43,259 nucleotides of DNA from a bacterium (GTDB taxonomy: Bacteria > Patescibacteriota > Gracilibacteria > Absconditabacterales > Absconditicoccaceae): positions 1 through 43,259 of the forward strand of contig JAYTKZ010000040.1 of NCBI GenBank assembly GCA_043729885.1, in the 5' to 3' direction. Positions 1-10,229 of this stretch are shown one piece after another. Position numbers and translations under genes: made by a program. Below the pieces are notes generated by a model, which made no database searches, was not told the DNA's origin, and saw only the letters and a list, made by a program, of their open reading frames with translations. Positions within the stretch are counted from its first letter, which is position 1. Each line of letters opens with the position of its first letter.

Positions 1-9
1 TAATTCTAA

Positions 10-84
10 GCCGGGGTAGCTCAGTGGTAGAGCAGGGGCCTGAAAAGCCCTGTGTCGGAAGTTCGATTCTTCTCCCCGGCACCA
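10..84 (+). tRNA. tRNA-Phe (anticodon GAA), CCA encoded
   Basis: Cloverleaf read by eye: acceptor gccgggg/ccccggc, D arm gctc..gagc, anticodon loop ctGAAaa, T loop ttcgatt, 3' acca. Confidence 0.9.
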
Positions 85-92
85 CAAAAAAA

Positions 93-156
93 GTGTTAGG
101 AAAGAGCAGGTCGGTAAAAACCGACTGAGTCGAAAGTTAGATTCCTTCCAATACCA
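93..156 (+). pseudogene. tRNA-derived fragment: perfect anticodon-arm-like hairpin ggtcgg/ccgact plus a degenerate T arm, with no D arm and no pairing acceptor stem
   Basis: No valid cloverleaf can be drawn. About three quarters identical by eye to 19103-19170, the right end of the GIY-YIG/tRNA-Lys element. Confidence 0.5.
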
Positions 157-189
157 CAATGAAATTAATTATAGCCAACAAAATCAAGA

Positions 190-266
190 CGGGGATTAGC
201 TCAGATGGCTAGAGCGCTTGGTTTGGGACCAAGAGGCCGCGAGTTCGAGTCCCGCATCCCCGACCA
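190..266 (+). tRNA. tRNA-Pro (anticodon TGG), CCA encoded
   Basis: Acceptor cggggat/atccccg, anticodon stem cttgg/ccaag with loop ttTGGga, T loop ttcgagt. Confidence 0.9.
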
Positions 267-288
267 TTATTACTATATACTCATTTAC

Positions 289-365
289 GGGCATGTAGCT
301 CAGCTGGTTAGAGCGCGTCTCTGATAAGGACGAGGTCGAAGGTTCAAGTCCTTCTATGCCCACCA
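289..365 (+). tRNA. tRNA-Ile (anticodon GAT), CCA encoded
   Basis: Acceptor gggcatg/catgccc, anticodon loop ctGATaa, T arm gaagg-ttcaagt-ccttc. Confidence 0.9.
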
Positions 366-372
366 TTCTTAT

Positions 373-446
373 TAAACAGTTAAACGGTTAAATAGTTAAA
401 CAGTTTATAAATAGTTTATCTGCTTATCTACTTCATCTGTTTATCC
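373..446. repeat. 7/8-nt-period array (TAAACAG-type units) followed by its approximate reverse complement
   Basis: taaacag ttaaacgg ttaaatag ttaaacag ... tagtttatctgcttatctacttcatctgtttatcc. Confidence 0.7.
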
Positions 447-483
447 ACTATTATTGTTATTTATTCTTTTATTATAGTACACT

Positions 484-1656
484 ATGTCAAAGATTCACGT
501 TAATGTAGGTACGATTGGTCACGTTGACCATGGTAAAACAACATTGACTGCTGCTATTACTACAGTAGCTGCAACAAAAGGTTATGCAAAAGCTCAAGCT
601 TACGGAGAAATTGATAATGCTCCAGAAGAAAAAGCAAGAGGTATTACAATCAACACTAGACACGTTGAATATGAAACAGATGTTAGACATTACGCTCATA
701 TCGATTGTCCAGGACATGCCGATTATATTAAAAACATGATCGTTGGTGCTGCACAAATGGATGGTGCTATCTTAGTAGTTGCTGCTACAGACGGACCAAT
801 GCCTCAAACAAGAGAACACGTTCTTCTTGCTAAGCAAGTAAATGTGCCTCACGTTATGGTATTTTTGAACAAATGTGATATGGTTGATGATGTTGATATG
901 ATCGATCTAGTAGAAGAAGAAATTAGAGATCTTCTTACTAAGAACGGTTTTGATGGTGCTAAAGCTCCTATCATTAGAGGTTCAGCTTTGAAAGCAGTTG
1001 AAAATCCAACTGACGAAGCAGGTGCTGCTAAATGTGTTTGGGATCTTCTCAATGCACTTGATACATTCATTCCTGATCCAGTAAGAGAAAATGATAAACC
1101 TTTCTTGATGCCAGTAGAAGATGTATTCTCAATCAAAGGTAGAGGTACAGTTATTACAGGTAGAATCGAAAGAGGTATGTTAAATATGAATGATCCAGTA
1201 GAAATTGTTGGACTTCAAGATGAACCTACAGCTTCTGTTGTTACAGGTATCGAAATGTTCCACAAACAACATACTGTTGCAGGTGCGGGTATGAATGTTG
1301 GACTTCTTCTAAGAGGTATTGAAAAAGACCAAGTAGAAAGAGGACAAGTTCTTGCTAAACCAGGTTCAGTTAAACCACATATGAAATTTGAAGCTGAAAT
1401 CTACGTTCTTAAAAAAGAAGAAGGTGGAAGACATACTCCATTTATGACTGGTTACAAACCTCAATTCTTCGTTAGAACAACTGATGTAACTGGAACTGTT
1501 ACTATGGAAGGTAGAGAAATGATTATGCCTGGTGACAATGCGAAAATCAATGTAGAACTTATCTACAAGATCGCAATGGAAGAAGGTCTAAGATTCGCTA
1601 TCCGTGAAGGTGGTAGAACAGTAGGTGCTGGTGTTATTACTAAGATCCTTGATTAA
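484..1656 (+). CDS. tuf: Elongation factor Tu
   Basis: Intact 390-aa track ORF with [18 protein letters not shown] and NKCD GTPase motifs. No in-frame TGA. Confidence 0.97.
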   Translation: MSKIHVNVGTIGHVDHGKTTLTAAITTVAATKGYAKAQAYGEIDNAPEEKARGITINTRHVEYETDVRHYAHIDCPGHADYIKNMIVGAAQMDGAILVVAATDGPMPQTREHVLLAKQVNVPHVMVFLNKCDMVDDVDMIDLVEEEIRDLLTKNGFDGAKAPIIRGSALKAVENPTDEAGAAKCVWDLLNALDTFIPDPVRENDKPFLMPVEDVFSIKGRGTVITGRIERGMLNMNDPVEIVGLQDEPTASVVTGIEMFHKQHTVAGAGMNVGLLLRGIEKDQVERGQVLAKPGSVKPHMKFEAEIYVLKKEEGGRHTPFMTGYKPQFFVRTTDVTGTVTMEGREMIMPGDNAKINVELIYKIAMEEGLRFAIREGGRTVGAGVITKILD

Positions 1657-1680
1657 TTACATATATTTTAGATGTCGTAT

Positions 1681-1750
1681 GCTGGTAGTTAGCATCTTAT
1701 AACTAACTACTAGCTACTGACTACTAGTTTACTATTCACTATTAACTAAC
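1681..1750. repeat. TAGTNAC-type heptamer array; 1681-1714 folds as a 12-bp hairpin
   Basis: gctggtagttag..ctaactactagc pairing, then ctactgactactagtttactattcactattaactaac running up to the rpsJ start. Confidence 0.65.
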
Positions 1751-1752
1751 AT

Positions 1753-2073
1753 ATGGCTGAAACAACATCACCAAAGTTAAGAATCAAACTTAAAAGCTAT
1801 GATGTGAAAATGCTTGAAAGCTCAACAAGTAAAATTGTTGGACTTCTTGTAAAGTCATGAGCTACTATGAAAGGTCCAATACCTTTGCCAAAACAAAGGA
1901 AACTATATACAGTTCTCAAATCAAACTTTGTATACAAGAATGCTAGAGAACAATTCGAAAGATCTACATTTGCTAGATTGATTGATGTTGTAGAAACAGG
2001 TCCAAAAACTATTGAATACCTTCAAAATCTCTCTATTCCAGTTGGAGTATCTGTAGAAGTAAAAGTATTCTAA
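1753..2073 (+). CDS. rpsJ: 30S ribosomal protein S10
   Basis: Extends track ORF 1867..2073 upstream through one TGA. VKS-TGA-ATMKGPIPLP aligns with E. coli KRTGAQVRGPIPLP. Confidence 0.93.
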
Positions 2074-2106
2074 TCTCTTTATATTACAATAAGTTTCTTA
2101 CTTGTC

Positions 2107-2712
2107 ATGAAAACGAAAAAATGACTCCTCGTTAAAAAGAAAGAAATGACAAAGCTCTGGGTAAACAATGCTCATACAGCGGTAACGCTTTTGGAAATTG
2201 TTCCACAAGAGGTTGTTAGATACAAAACATCTGAAAAAGATGGTTATGAAGCTGCTATTATTGGAGTTGGGAAAAAAGAACTCAACAAAGAAAAATGACA
2301 TAAAGTTTCATATACTGTTTTACAAGAATTCTGATGTGATGATTCTTTCAAATCAGCATTTCCAGCAGGAACTGTTGTTTCTACAAACCTTCTTGAAGGT
2401 GTACAAACAGTTGATCTTACGGGTGTTTCAAAGGGTAAAGGTTTTGCATGAGTAATGAAGAGATTCAATACAAAGTGAGGACCAAAAACTCATGGTTCTA
2501 AATTCCATAGACATGTTTGATCACTTGGTAATAGAAAACCTAGACGTGTACAAAAAGGTCATCCACATGCTGGTCATATGGGTACTGATACAATTACACT
2601 TCACAACAGACCAATCATAGAAGTTACAACACTTCAAGGAACTCCATTTGTTATAGTAAAATGAGCAGTACCTGGGTCATACAACGGATTCTTATCATTG
2701 TATGTTTCATAG
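2107..2712 (+). CDS. rplC: 50S ribosomal protein L3
   Basis: 201 codons open under code 25. KGKGFA-TGA-VMKRFN matches the conserved KGKGFAG motif. Not in the track because of multiple TGA. Confidence 0.92.
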
Positions 2713-2746
2713 AAACCTTTACGTTATATAATACCATCAAACATAG

Positions 2747-3382
2747 ATGAGTTATAGTATATCAATCCATGATTCAAAAGGAAAAGTCGTAGAAAAGAAA
2801 GCATTAAATGCTGCTATCTTTGCCGACGAAAACATTAACGACTCATTAATTCATGAGTTCTATGTTTTGCAACAAGCAAATGCTCGTATTAATATTGCAC
2901 ATACGAAGACAAGAGGAGAAGTAGCTGGTTCTGGTAGAAAGCTGTACAAACAAAAAGGTACAGGTAATGCGAGAGTTGGTGCTGCTAATTCGCCTATTAG
3001 AAGACACGGATGAGTTGCATTCGGTCCTAGAAATACAACTAACTTCACAAAAGAAATGCCAAAGAAAATGAAGAAATTGGCTCTAGCGTGAATCCTTACT
3101 GTAAAAGCTAGAAACGACCAACTAATCGGTATTATAGACAATGCTCTTGATTCTATTAAAACTAAAGAAGCAATTGCTATGCTTCAAAACATAGGATTAG
3201 CAAACAAGAAAACACTTGTTGTTATACCTGAAAAAAATGAAGTAATTGAAAAATCTTTGAGAAATGTACCTAGAACAAAAATTATTACAGCTATGTATGT
3301 TAACCCAGTAGATCTTCTTCATTATGACAAAGTACTAGTGTTCGCAGGATCACTTGATAAACGAGATATATTATTTGCATAA
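2747..3382 (+). CDS. rplD: 50S ribosomal protein L4
   Basis: Joins track ORFs 2747..3013 and 3179..3382 in frame through TGA. KQKGTGNARVG motif. Confidence 0.92.
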
Positions 3383-3400
3383 AACATACAATATAGCCAC

Positions 3401-3428
3401 CATTTACTAGTCACTATTAACTATTTAC
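3401..3428. repeat. Exact 7-nt-period array ending 1 nt before the rplW ATG
   Basis: catttac tagtcac tattaac tatttac. Confidence 0.75.
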
Positions 3429-3429
3429 T

Positions 3430-3789
3430 ATGGCATACATTGATATCCTTAGACAAAGAGCAAAGAAAACATCTTCGACAAGTGCCTTAAAATCACTTAG
3501 TCCGTATGATATTATTATTGCTCCAGTACTAACAGAAAAAGCATACAAAGCATCAGATTCTGATAAGAAAGATGTTGGAAAACAATATTTTTTCAAAGTA
3601 CATTCAGATGCAAACAAGAATGATATAAAACATGCAATTCTTACAATCTATGGAGTTATTCCAGTAGCTGTAAATCTTCTTTGGGTAAAAGAAAAAGGAA
3701 GAGCTAACAGAAAACTTGTGAGAAAATCATATAAAAAAGCAATCGTTAGTGTTGCTGCATGAAAATCACTTCCTGTATTAGATGTATAA
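3430..3789 (+). CDS. rplW: 50S ribosomal protein L23
   Basis: Track ORF 3430..3762 continues 9 codons past a TGA to TAA. Position in the S10 operon. Confidence 0.88.
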
Positions 3790-3793
3790 TATA

Positions 3794-3825
3794 TAGTGAC
3801 TAGTTACTCATTACTAGTGACTAGA
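3794..3825. repeat. Exact 7-nt-period array
   Basis: tagtgac tagttac tcattac tagtgac tagac. Confidence 0.75.
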
Positions 3826-3861
3826 CAAAAGTATTTTATTTGTTCCTAGGTTCGTACCAAG

Positions 3862-4707
3862 ATGGCAGTGAAAAAATATAAACCATATACACCAGCGAGA
3901 CGTACTATGATATGATACGATTTCTCTGATATTACAAAACATACTCCAGAAAAATCTCTGACAGTTTCTATGAAATCAACTGCTGGAAGAAATCAGTATG
4001 GTAGAGTAACTTCAAGATTCCAATGAGGTTGACACAAAAGAGCATATCGTTTGGTTGACTTTAGAGGATATGATAAATCAAATATCCCAGCTACTGTTAA
4101 AGCTATTGAGTATGATCCATACAGAACAGTGAGAATTGGTCTTGTATCATACGCTGACGGTGAAAAAAGATATGTACTTGCTTGGAAGAATATCAAAGTT
4201 TGAGATACTTTCATGACTGGGGAACAAGCACAACTTACTCCAGGAAATAGAAAACAACTCAAGGATATTCCAGAAGGGTTCAATATATTTAATCTTGAAT
4301 ACACTCCTTTTACAAAAGGGAAAACTATCAAGACAGCTGGATCATTTGGTGTAGTAACAGGTAAAGATGAAGCTCTTCATACTGTATTTGTTAAATTACC
4401 ATCATGAGAAGTTAGAAAGTTTGATGAGAAATGTTTTGCTACTATAGGTCAACTTGGTAACGAAGATCATAAAAATATTGTTCTTGGTAAAGCAGGTAGA
4501 GCTAGATGGATGGGTAAAAAAGGTCGTGTACTCGGTAAGTCAATGAACCCAGTGGATCATCCACATGGTTGATGAGAATGACATGCTGAAATTGGTCTTA
4601 GATTCCCTAAATCATTTAGTGGTAAACCAGTTCCTCCAGGAAAGAAAACAAGAAAAACAAAGAAATGGTCAACTAAATTCATCGTATCTAGAAGAACAAA
4701 AAATTAA
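3862..4707 (+). CDS. rplB: 50S ribosomal protein L2
   Basis: 281 codons. HPHG-TGA-TGA-E-TGA-H at 4561-4584 equals the universal HPHGGGEG motif. Confidence 0.95.
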
Positions 4708-4742
4708 TATATTCTTATTTACTATTTATTGTCACCTTAATT

Positions 4743-5000
4743 ATGACAAGATCACTCAAGAAAGGATTCTATGTGAATGAAAGACTCCTTAAAAAAGTAG
4801 AAAAAATGACTACTGCAGGAGAAAAGAAAGTAATCAAAGTATGGGACAGAGCATGTCAAATTACCCCTGAAATGATTGGTTTCACATTTGCAGTTCACAA
4901 CGGAAAACAATTTGTGAGTTTATATATCAATGAAGAAATGATTTGACATAGACTTGGAGAGTTCGTTGCAACAAGAACATTCAAATGACATCCATTCTAG
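4743..5000 (+). CDS. rpsS: 30S ribosomal protein S19
   Basis: Track ORF 4743..4946 extended through 2 TGA. EMI-TGA-HRLGEF matches EMVGHKLGEF. Confidence 0.93.
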
Positions 5001-5030
5001 TGAATTTTAATTACTATTGTATGCTATCCA

Positions 5031-5369
5031 ATGCAAAATAATCTTAGTGCGACACTAAACTACGCACTCACATCGTACAAAAAAATGCAACTTATTGCAA
5101 AGCTCGTAACGGGTAAGAAGGTTGATGATGCGCTCAATATACTTGAGCATACACAAAAATCTGCTGCAAAGATGTTGTGGAAAGTAGTTAAATCTGCGCA
5201 AGCAAATGCTACTCACAATGCTGGTCAAGATGTAAACACATTGTTTATTGATCATATATTAGTAGGGAGATGACCAAAAATCAAAAGAATGAGATTTGCG
5301 TCAAGATCTAGAATGCATGGTTATCTTAAACACAGATCATATGTAAAAGTTGTTTTAAATAGTAAATAG
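5031..5369 (+). CDS. rplV: 50S ribosomal protein L22
   Basis: Track ORF 5031..5273 extended through TGA to TAG. Operon position. Confidence 0.9.
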
Positions 5370-5379
5370 TCTAAACACT

Positions 5380-6078
5380 ATGGGACAAAAAGCAGATCCG
5401 AGAGGACTGAGAGTTGGTGTGACGAAGTCACGATCATCTGAATGGTTTGCAAAAACTAAACGTCAGTGAGCGCAATTTTTCGTACAAGATATTAAAGTAA
5501 GAAACTTCGTTGAAGATTCTTATAAAAGATCTGGTATTGCTAAAATAGTTATCAGACAGACAGATAAAGAATGTGAAATCATCATATTCACTGCAAAGCC
5601 AGCACTAATCTTAGGAAAAGAGGGGAAAAAACTTGAAGAGTTCCAAGCAAAACTTGTAAAAAAGTTTGGTGGAGAGTTCAAAGTTGTTCTCAAAGATGTT
5701 AGACTTCCAGAACTTTCAGCTAAAATAATGGGTGAATACGCTGCGTCTCAATTAGAAGCTCGTATGCCATTTAGAAGAGTTGCTAAAACAATCCTTCAAA
5801 AAGTAATGGAAAAATGAGCTATTGGTGTGAAAATTCAAGTATCAGGAAGACTTGGTGGGGTTGATCTATCAAGAAGTGAAAAATTCTCTCAAGGAAGAGT
5901 ATCGCTTCAAACACTTAGATCAGATATTGACTACCATGTAACTACTGCTCTTACTAAATATTGAATCTTGGGTATCAAAATATGGATTTCAAGATGAGAT
6001 ATTATCACAAAGATTGCTCCAAAAACAACACCTGCTGATGAGAAAAAAGTAGCTATGCAAAAGATATTAGCAAAATAA
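5380..6078 (+). CDS. rpsC: 30S ribosomal protein S3
   Basis: [14 protein letters not shown]-terminus and GRLGG motif; 232 codons open under code 25. Confidence 0.93.
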
Positions 6079-6116
6079 TTAAATAATATATTTTAACCAT
6101 ATAAAGTATAGTAGAT

Positions 6117-6539
6117 ATGTCGTTACTGACGCCAAAAAGATGGAAATATCGTAAACAAATGAGATCAAGAATTACTGGTGCCGCTACAAGAGGTAATCAG
6201 GTATCTTTTGGTGAATTTGGTCTAAAAGCTCTAACAAGCTCTTACGTAACAAATAGACAACTCGAAGCTGCTAGAAAAGTAATCGTAAGATATACTAGAA
6301 AAGTAGGTAAGATGTGGATTAGAGTATTCCCTGATGTTCCATACACAAAAAAGTGATTGGAAATGCCGATGGGTACTGGTAAGGGTGAAGTAGCATTCTA
6401 CCAAGCAAGAGTTAAAAAATGAGGTGTCTTGTTTGAAGTAAGTGGACTAGATAGAGCAACTGCTGTTGAAGCGTTCTCTATGGCTGGATACAAACTTCCA
6501 ATGAAAGTTAAAATCGTAGAAAAAGGAGAAATTAAATAA
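6117..6539 (+). CDS. rplP: 50S ribosomal protein L16
   Basis: Track ORF 6117..6356 extended through 2 TGA. PKRWKYRK and MGTGKG motifs. Confidence 0.93.
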
Positions 6540-6567
6540 TATTTATATTGGTGTAACACTACTCACA

Positions 6568-6777
6568 ATGTCGACTAAAAAATTACCTTTCGTAGATGTA
6601 GCAGAAAAATCTCTCAAAGAGCTTATATGACTTCGTCGTAATCTCAAAAAAGAACTTTTTGATGCTCGCATGAAAAATGCTCTCAAATCTTTGAAAGAAA
6701 CACATACTATATCAGTATTGAGAAAAAATATTGCGAGAATCAATACTGCTTTAACTTCTAAAAATACTAACCACTAA
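6568..6777 (+). CDS. rpmC: 50S ribosomal protein L29
   Basis: 69 codons, helical basic protein between L16 and S17, one in-frame TGA. Confidence 0.8.
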
Positions 6778-7040
6778 TGGCTGTATTGAATTGAAAAAAT
6801 CTCAAAGAAGTAGTTGGAACTGTATCTAGTGATAAGATGGATAAAACCATTGTAGTTACTGTGAAATCAGTGAAACAACATCCTTTGTATAGAAAGAGAT
6901 ATACAACAAAGAAAAAATATTATGCTCATGATGAAGCAAATAATGCTCATACTGGTGATGTTGTAAAAATCAGACTTGCTAACCCAACTAGTAAAACAAA
7001 AAGATGGGCGCTTGTTGAAGTAGTACAAACAGCAGCATAA
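6777..7040 (+). CDS. rpsQ: 30S ribosomal protein S17
   Basis: ATG overlaps the rpmC TAA by 1 nt. VVGTVSSDKMDKTIVV motif. Extends track ORF 6837..7040. Confidence 0.9.
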
Positions 7041-7050
7041 TAATAAGGTA

Positions 7051-7135
7051 CTCAGTAGTTAGTAGTCAGTAGATATTTGTTGTATGCAAATATGATACCT
7101 ATTTACTAAATACTAACTGCTAGCTACTAACTACT
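7051..7135. repeat. Inverted pair of TAGTNAG heptamer arrays around an AT-rich core
   Basis: Left arm ctcagtagttagtagtcagtag; right arm ctaactgctagctactaactact is its approximate reverse complement. Confidence 0.75.
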
Positions 7136-7163
7136 ATATTTATATATTGTATTCCATAGTACC

Positions 7164-7532
7164 ATGTTACAAAATGAATCGGGAGTAATCGTTGCTGATA
7201 ATACTGGAGCCAAAAGCTGACAGATTATCAGAATCCTAAAAGGTTCAACTGCCAAAAAAGCAACAGTTGGAGATAGGGTTGTGATTGCTATCAAAAGTGT
7301 ATCTACTACATCTGTATATAAAAAATGAGATGTTGCTAGAGCTGTAATTGTAAGAACTAAAAAAGGTGTTTGAAGAAAAGATGGTTCTTATCTTAAATTC
7401 GCAGACAATGCAGTTGCAATTATCAACAAAGAAAATGAACCAGTTGGTAAAAGAATATTTGGACCTGTAGCTAGAGAACTAAGAGATGTAGGTTTCAAAG
7501 ATATTGCAACACTTGCTGAAGAAGTTATTTAA
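7164..7532 (+). CDS. rplN: 50S ribosomal protein L14
   Basis: [15 protein letters not shown]-terminus; 122 codons with 3 in-frame TGA. Confidence 0.93.
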
Positions 7533-7551
7533 TCTTTCACACTTTCAATAT

Positions 7552-7839
7552 ATGAAAAAATTGAAACAAGGCGACCCAGTAAAAGTAATTGCTGGTAAGT
7601 TCAAAGGGAAAACATCAAAGATTATTTCTGTTGATGGTGATCTCGTTGTTGTTGATGGAATTAATGTGATGAAAAAAGCAGTTAAGTGAAAAGGGTTTGT
7701 TGATAAAATCAAACCAATACACATATCAAATATAATGTATCACGATGAAAAAGCTGGTATATCAAAGATATGAATCGCTACTGATGCTGCTGGAAAAAAA
7801 TCACGTATTCTAAAAAAGACACAAAAAGCTATTGCATAA
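7552..7839 (+). CDS. rplX: 50S ribosomal protein L24
   Basis: Internal ATG of track ORF 7504..7689, chosen because rplN ends at 7532. KQGDPVKVIAGKFKGK KOW motif. Extended through TGA. Confidence 0.88.
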
Positions 7840-7866
7840 TTATTTATCCTATTTGTACTGTGCACC

Positions 7867-8406
7867 ATGAGTTTACACGCACAATTCCATAAAACTACAA
7901 AACCCGCACTCCAAAAAACGCTTGGGAAAAAAAATATTCATCAAGTACCAGCTGTTGATAAAGTTATTGTGAGTGTAGGTATATGATCTCTTGCTACAAG
8001 AAAGTGAGTGAAAGATTTCTCAGATATTGAAAAGAATCTTATTAAGATTACTGGTCAAAAACCAACTCTTCTCAAATCTAAGAAAGCAATCTCAAACTTT
8101 AAATTGAGAGAAGATATGCCGGTTATGTATAAGGTTACTCTCAGAAGAGATAAAGCTCTAGAGTTCTTAAACAAACTTACAACAATTGTTCTCCCAAGAG
8201 TGAGAGACTTCGTTGGATTAAATCCTAAAAGTTTTGATCCAAATTCGAATATCAATATTGGATTACAAACACAAGCTATCTTTCCAGAGCTTATGACAGA
8301 TGACGCAGGTGCTTCTATGGGTGTGCAAATCACAATCGTGACTCACGCTTCAGATAAAAAAGATGCACAAGCACTTCTTGAAAAACTTGGATTCATATTC
8401 ATATAA
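7867..8406 (+). CDS. rplE: 50S ribosomal protein L5
   Basis: Extends track ORF 8008..8406 upstream through TGA codons. QVPAVDKVIVSVGIG motif. Confidence 0.92.
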
Positions 8407-8436
8407 TATATTTATTCTTCGTTATATACTAGTTAC

Positions 8437-8661
8437 ATGGCTAGAAATGCACTCAAAGTAAAGCAGGCAAAATTAGAACGTAAGAAGTTCGATGCTCTTG
8501 CACAATGAAAAAAAATGGACAAGGCTACTAGATTCTACAATAGATGCAAACTCTGTGGTAGACAAGCAAGTTTCATAAGAGACTTTGGTATCTGTAGAGT
8601 ATGTCTTAGAAAGTACGCAAGAGAATGACTTATTACTGGTCTAAAGAAAGCAAGCCGATAA
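8437..8661 (+). CDS. rpsN: 30S ribosomal protein S14 (zinc-binding type Z)
   Basis: 74 codons with CKLCGR..CRVCLR paired Cys motifs. Operon position. Confidence 0.88.
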
Positions 8662-8688
8662 CATTTTATCTTATATTTTTCCACCGAA

Positions 8689-9093
8689 ATGAGCTTTGTG
8701 AATGCTCCTATCCACGACCTTCTCATTAGAATTAAAAACGCATATATGGCGAGAAGAAATACGCTTGACTGAATTGTATATTCTACATTCAAAGTAAGTG
8801 TATTAGAACTTCTTAAATCATATGGGTTTATTCTATCATACGAGATAGTTGAACAAGGACCTAAAAAAACATTAGTAGTTCACCTCAAAGATGTTAAAGA
8901 CGAGGTTAACGATATTCCTGTAATCAAATTCTATTCTAGACCATCAAGACGTTGGTATATTTCTTACAAAGAAATTAAGCCAGTAGCTGCGGGTAGAGGT
9001 ATTTGAATTTTGTCTACTTCACAATGACTTTTGCCTACGCATATTGCGAAACAAAAGAAAATTGGTGGTGAACTTATTGCAGAAATTTATTAG
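8689..9093 (+). CDS. rpsH: 30S ribosomal protein S8
   Basis: [12 protein letters not shown] motif; 134 codons open under code 25. Confidence 0.92.
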
Positions 9094-9118
9094 TTTATTT
9101 GTTGTTACGTATCTATCC

Positions 9119-9664
9119 ATGTCTAAGATTGGAAAAAAACCTATAGCATTACCAAATGGTGTTACAGTTACTGTTGATAATTCAGTAGTATCTGTTAAAG
9201 GATCAAAAGGGACGCTTTCATACAAAATGTTACAATGAGTAACTGCAACTGTTGAAGAAAATACAGTTACGGTAGCTATTGATACAGATGAAAAGAAAAA
9301 CCTTTGGGGACTTACAAGAACACTTATTCAAAATATGGTAGTAGGAGTATCTGAATGATATACTATAAAACTTCATGTTTTATGAGTTTGATTCACAGCT
9401 AAAGCTGCTGGGGAAAAACTTGTATTAGCATTAGGGTTTTCTCATCCAGTGAACTATCAATTACCAAAAGGTATTGCTGTAACTCTAGAAAAAGATGTTA
9501 AAGGTAATGATATCATTATTTTGACATGAATAGATAAGCAACTAATCGGAGAAACTGCTGCACAAATTAGAAAACTTAAAAAACCAGAACCATACAAAGG
9601 GAAAGGTATTAGATATATTGATGAAAAGATTAAACTTAAAGCTGGTAAAGCTGCTAAGAAATAA
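9119..9664 (+). CDS. rplF: 50S ribosomal protein L6
   Basis: [16 protein letters not shown]-terminus (internal ATG of track ORF 9044..9238), extended through several TGA. Confidence 0.92.
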
Positions 9665-9665
9665 T

Positions 9666-9758
9666 AAGTAGTCAGTAGTTAGTAGTCAGTAGCTAGTTGT
9701 TATATAAAAATATAATACCTATATACTAACTACTAACTGCTAACTGCTAGCTACTAAT
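9666..9758. repeat. Inverted pair of TAGTNAG heptamer arrays around an AT-rich core containing tataat
   Basis: aagtagtcagtagttagtagtcagtagctagttg ... ctaactactaactgctaactgctagctactaat. Confidence 0.8.
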
Positions 9759-9780
9759 TTATATTCCATTGTATTAACCA

Positions 9781-10134
9781 ATGAAAGCAAAGAAAACTCT
9801 TTATAGCAAAGCACAAAGACTTCTAAGAAGAAAAAATAAAGTTAACACAGTCATCAAAGCGACTGCGTCACTTCCTAGATTAATTGTACGAAAATCTAAT
9901 CTTTATACATCAGCTCAAGTAATTGACGCTACTGGTAAAGTTGTAGCTTTTGCAAACGACAAGAAAGAAAAAGGTACTAAGACTGAAAAAGCTCTTGCTG
10001 TAGGTAAATCTATTGCAACTCTTGCTAAAAAAGCTGGTATCGATGCTGTAGTATTTGATAGAAATGGATATCATTACCACGGTAGAATCAAAGCTATTAG
10101 TGAGTGAGCTCGTGAAGGAGGATTACAAAATTAA
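9781..10134 (+). CDS. rplR: 50S ribosomal protein L18
   Basis: Track ORF 9781..10107 extended through TGA. FDRNGYHYHGRIKA motif. Confidence 0.92.
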
Positions 10135-10136
10135 AT

Positions 10137-10200
10137 AGATAAACAGTTAAACGGGCAAACAGTTAAAAGATTATCTGTTTAACTACTTAACTACTTAACC
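10137..10200. repeat. Inverted pair of TAAACAG-type arrays
   Basis: agataaacagttaaacgggcaaacagttaaaag / atctgtttaactacttaactacttaacc. Confidence 0.7.
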
Positions 10201-10229
10201 TATATATTTATTATTATTTGTTTGTCTTA

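Noticed and set aside
487-1136. Track ORFs 487..756 and 849..1136 on the minus strand
   Set aside because: They are antisense to the intact, highly conserved tuf gene, with low-complexity translations. They are shadow ORFs.
2098-2468. Track ORFs 2098..2301(-), 2198..2455(+) and 2244..2468(-)
   Set aside because: They are out of frame or antisense within rplC, which is only visible under code 25.
9666-9758. Heptamer arrays as CRISPR arrays
   Set aside because: The units are 7 nt with no unique spacers of 25-40 nt between them, no leader and no cas genes. This is not CRISPR architecture.
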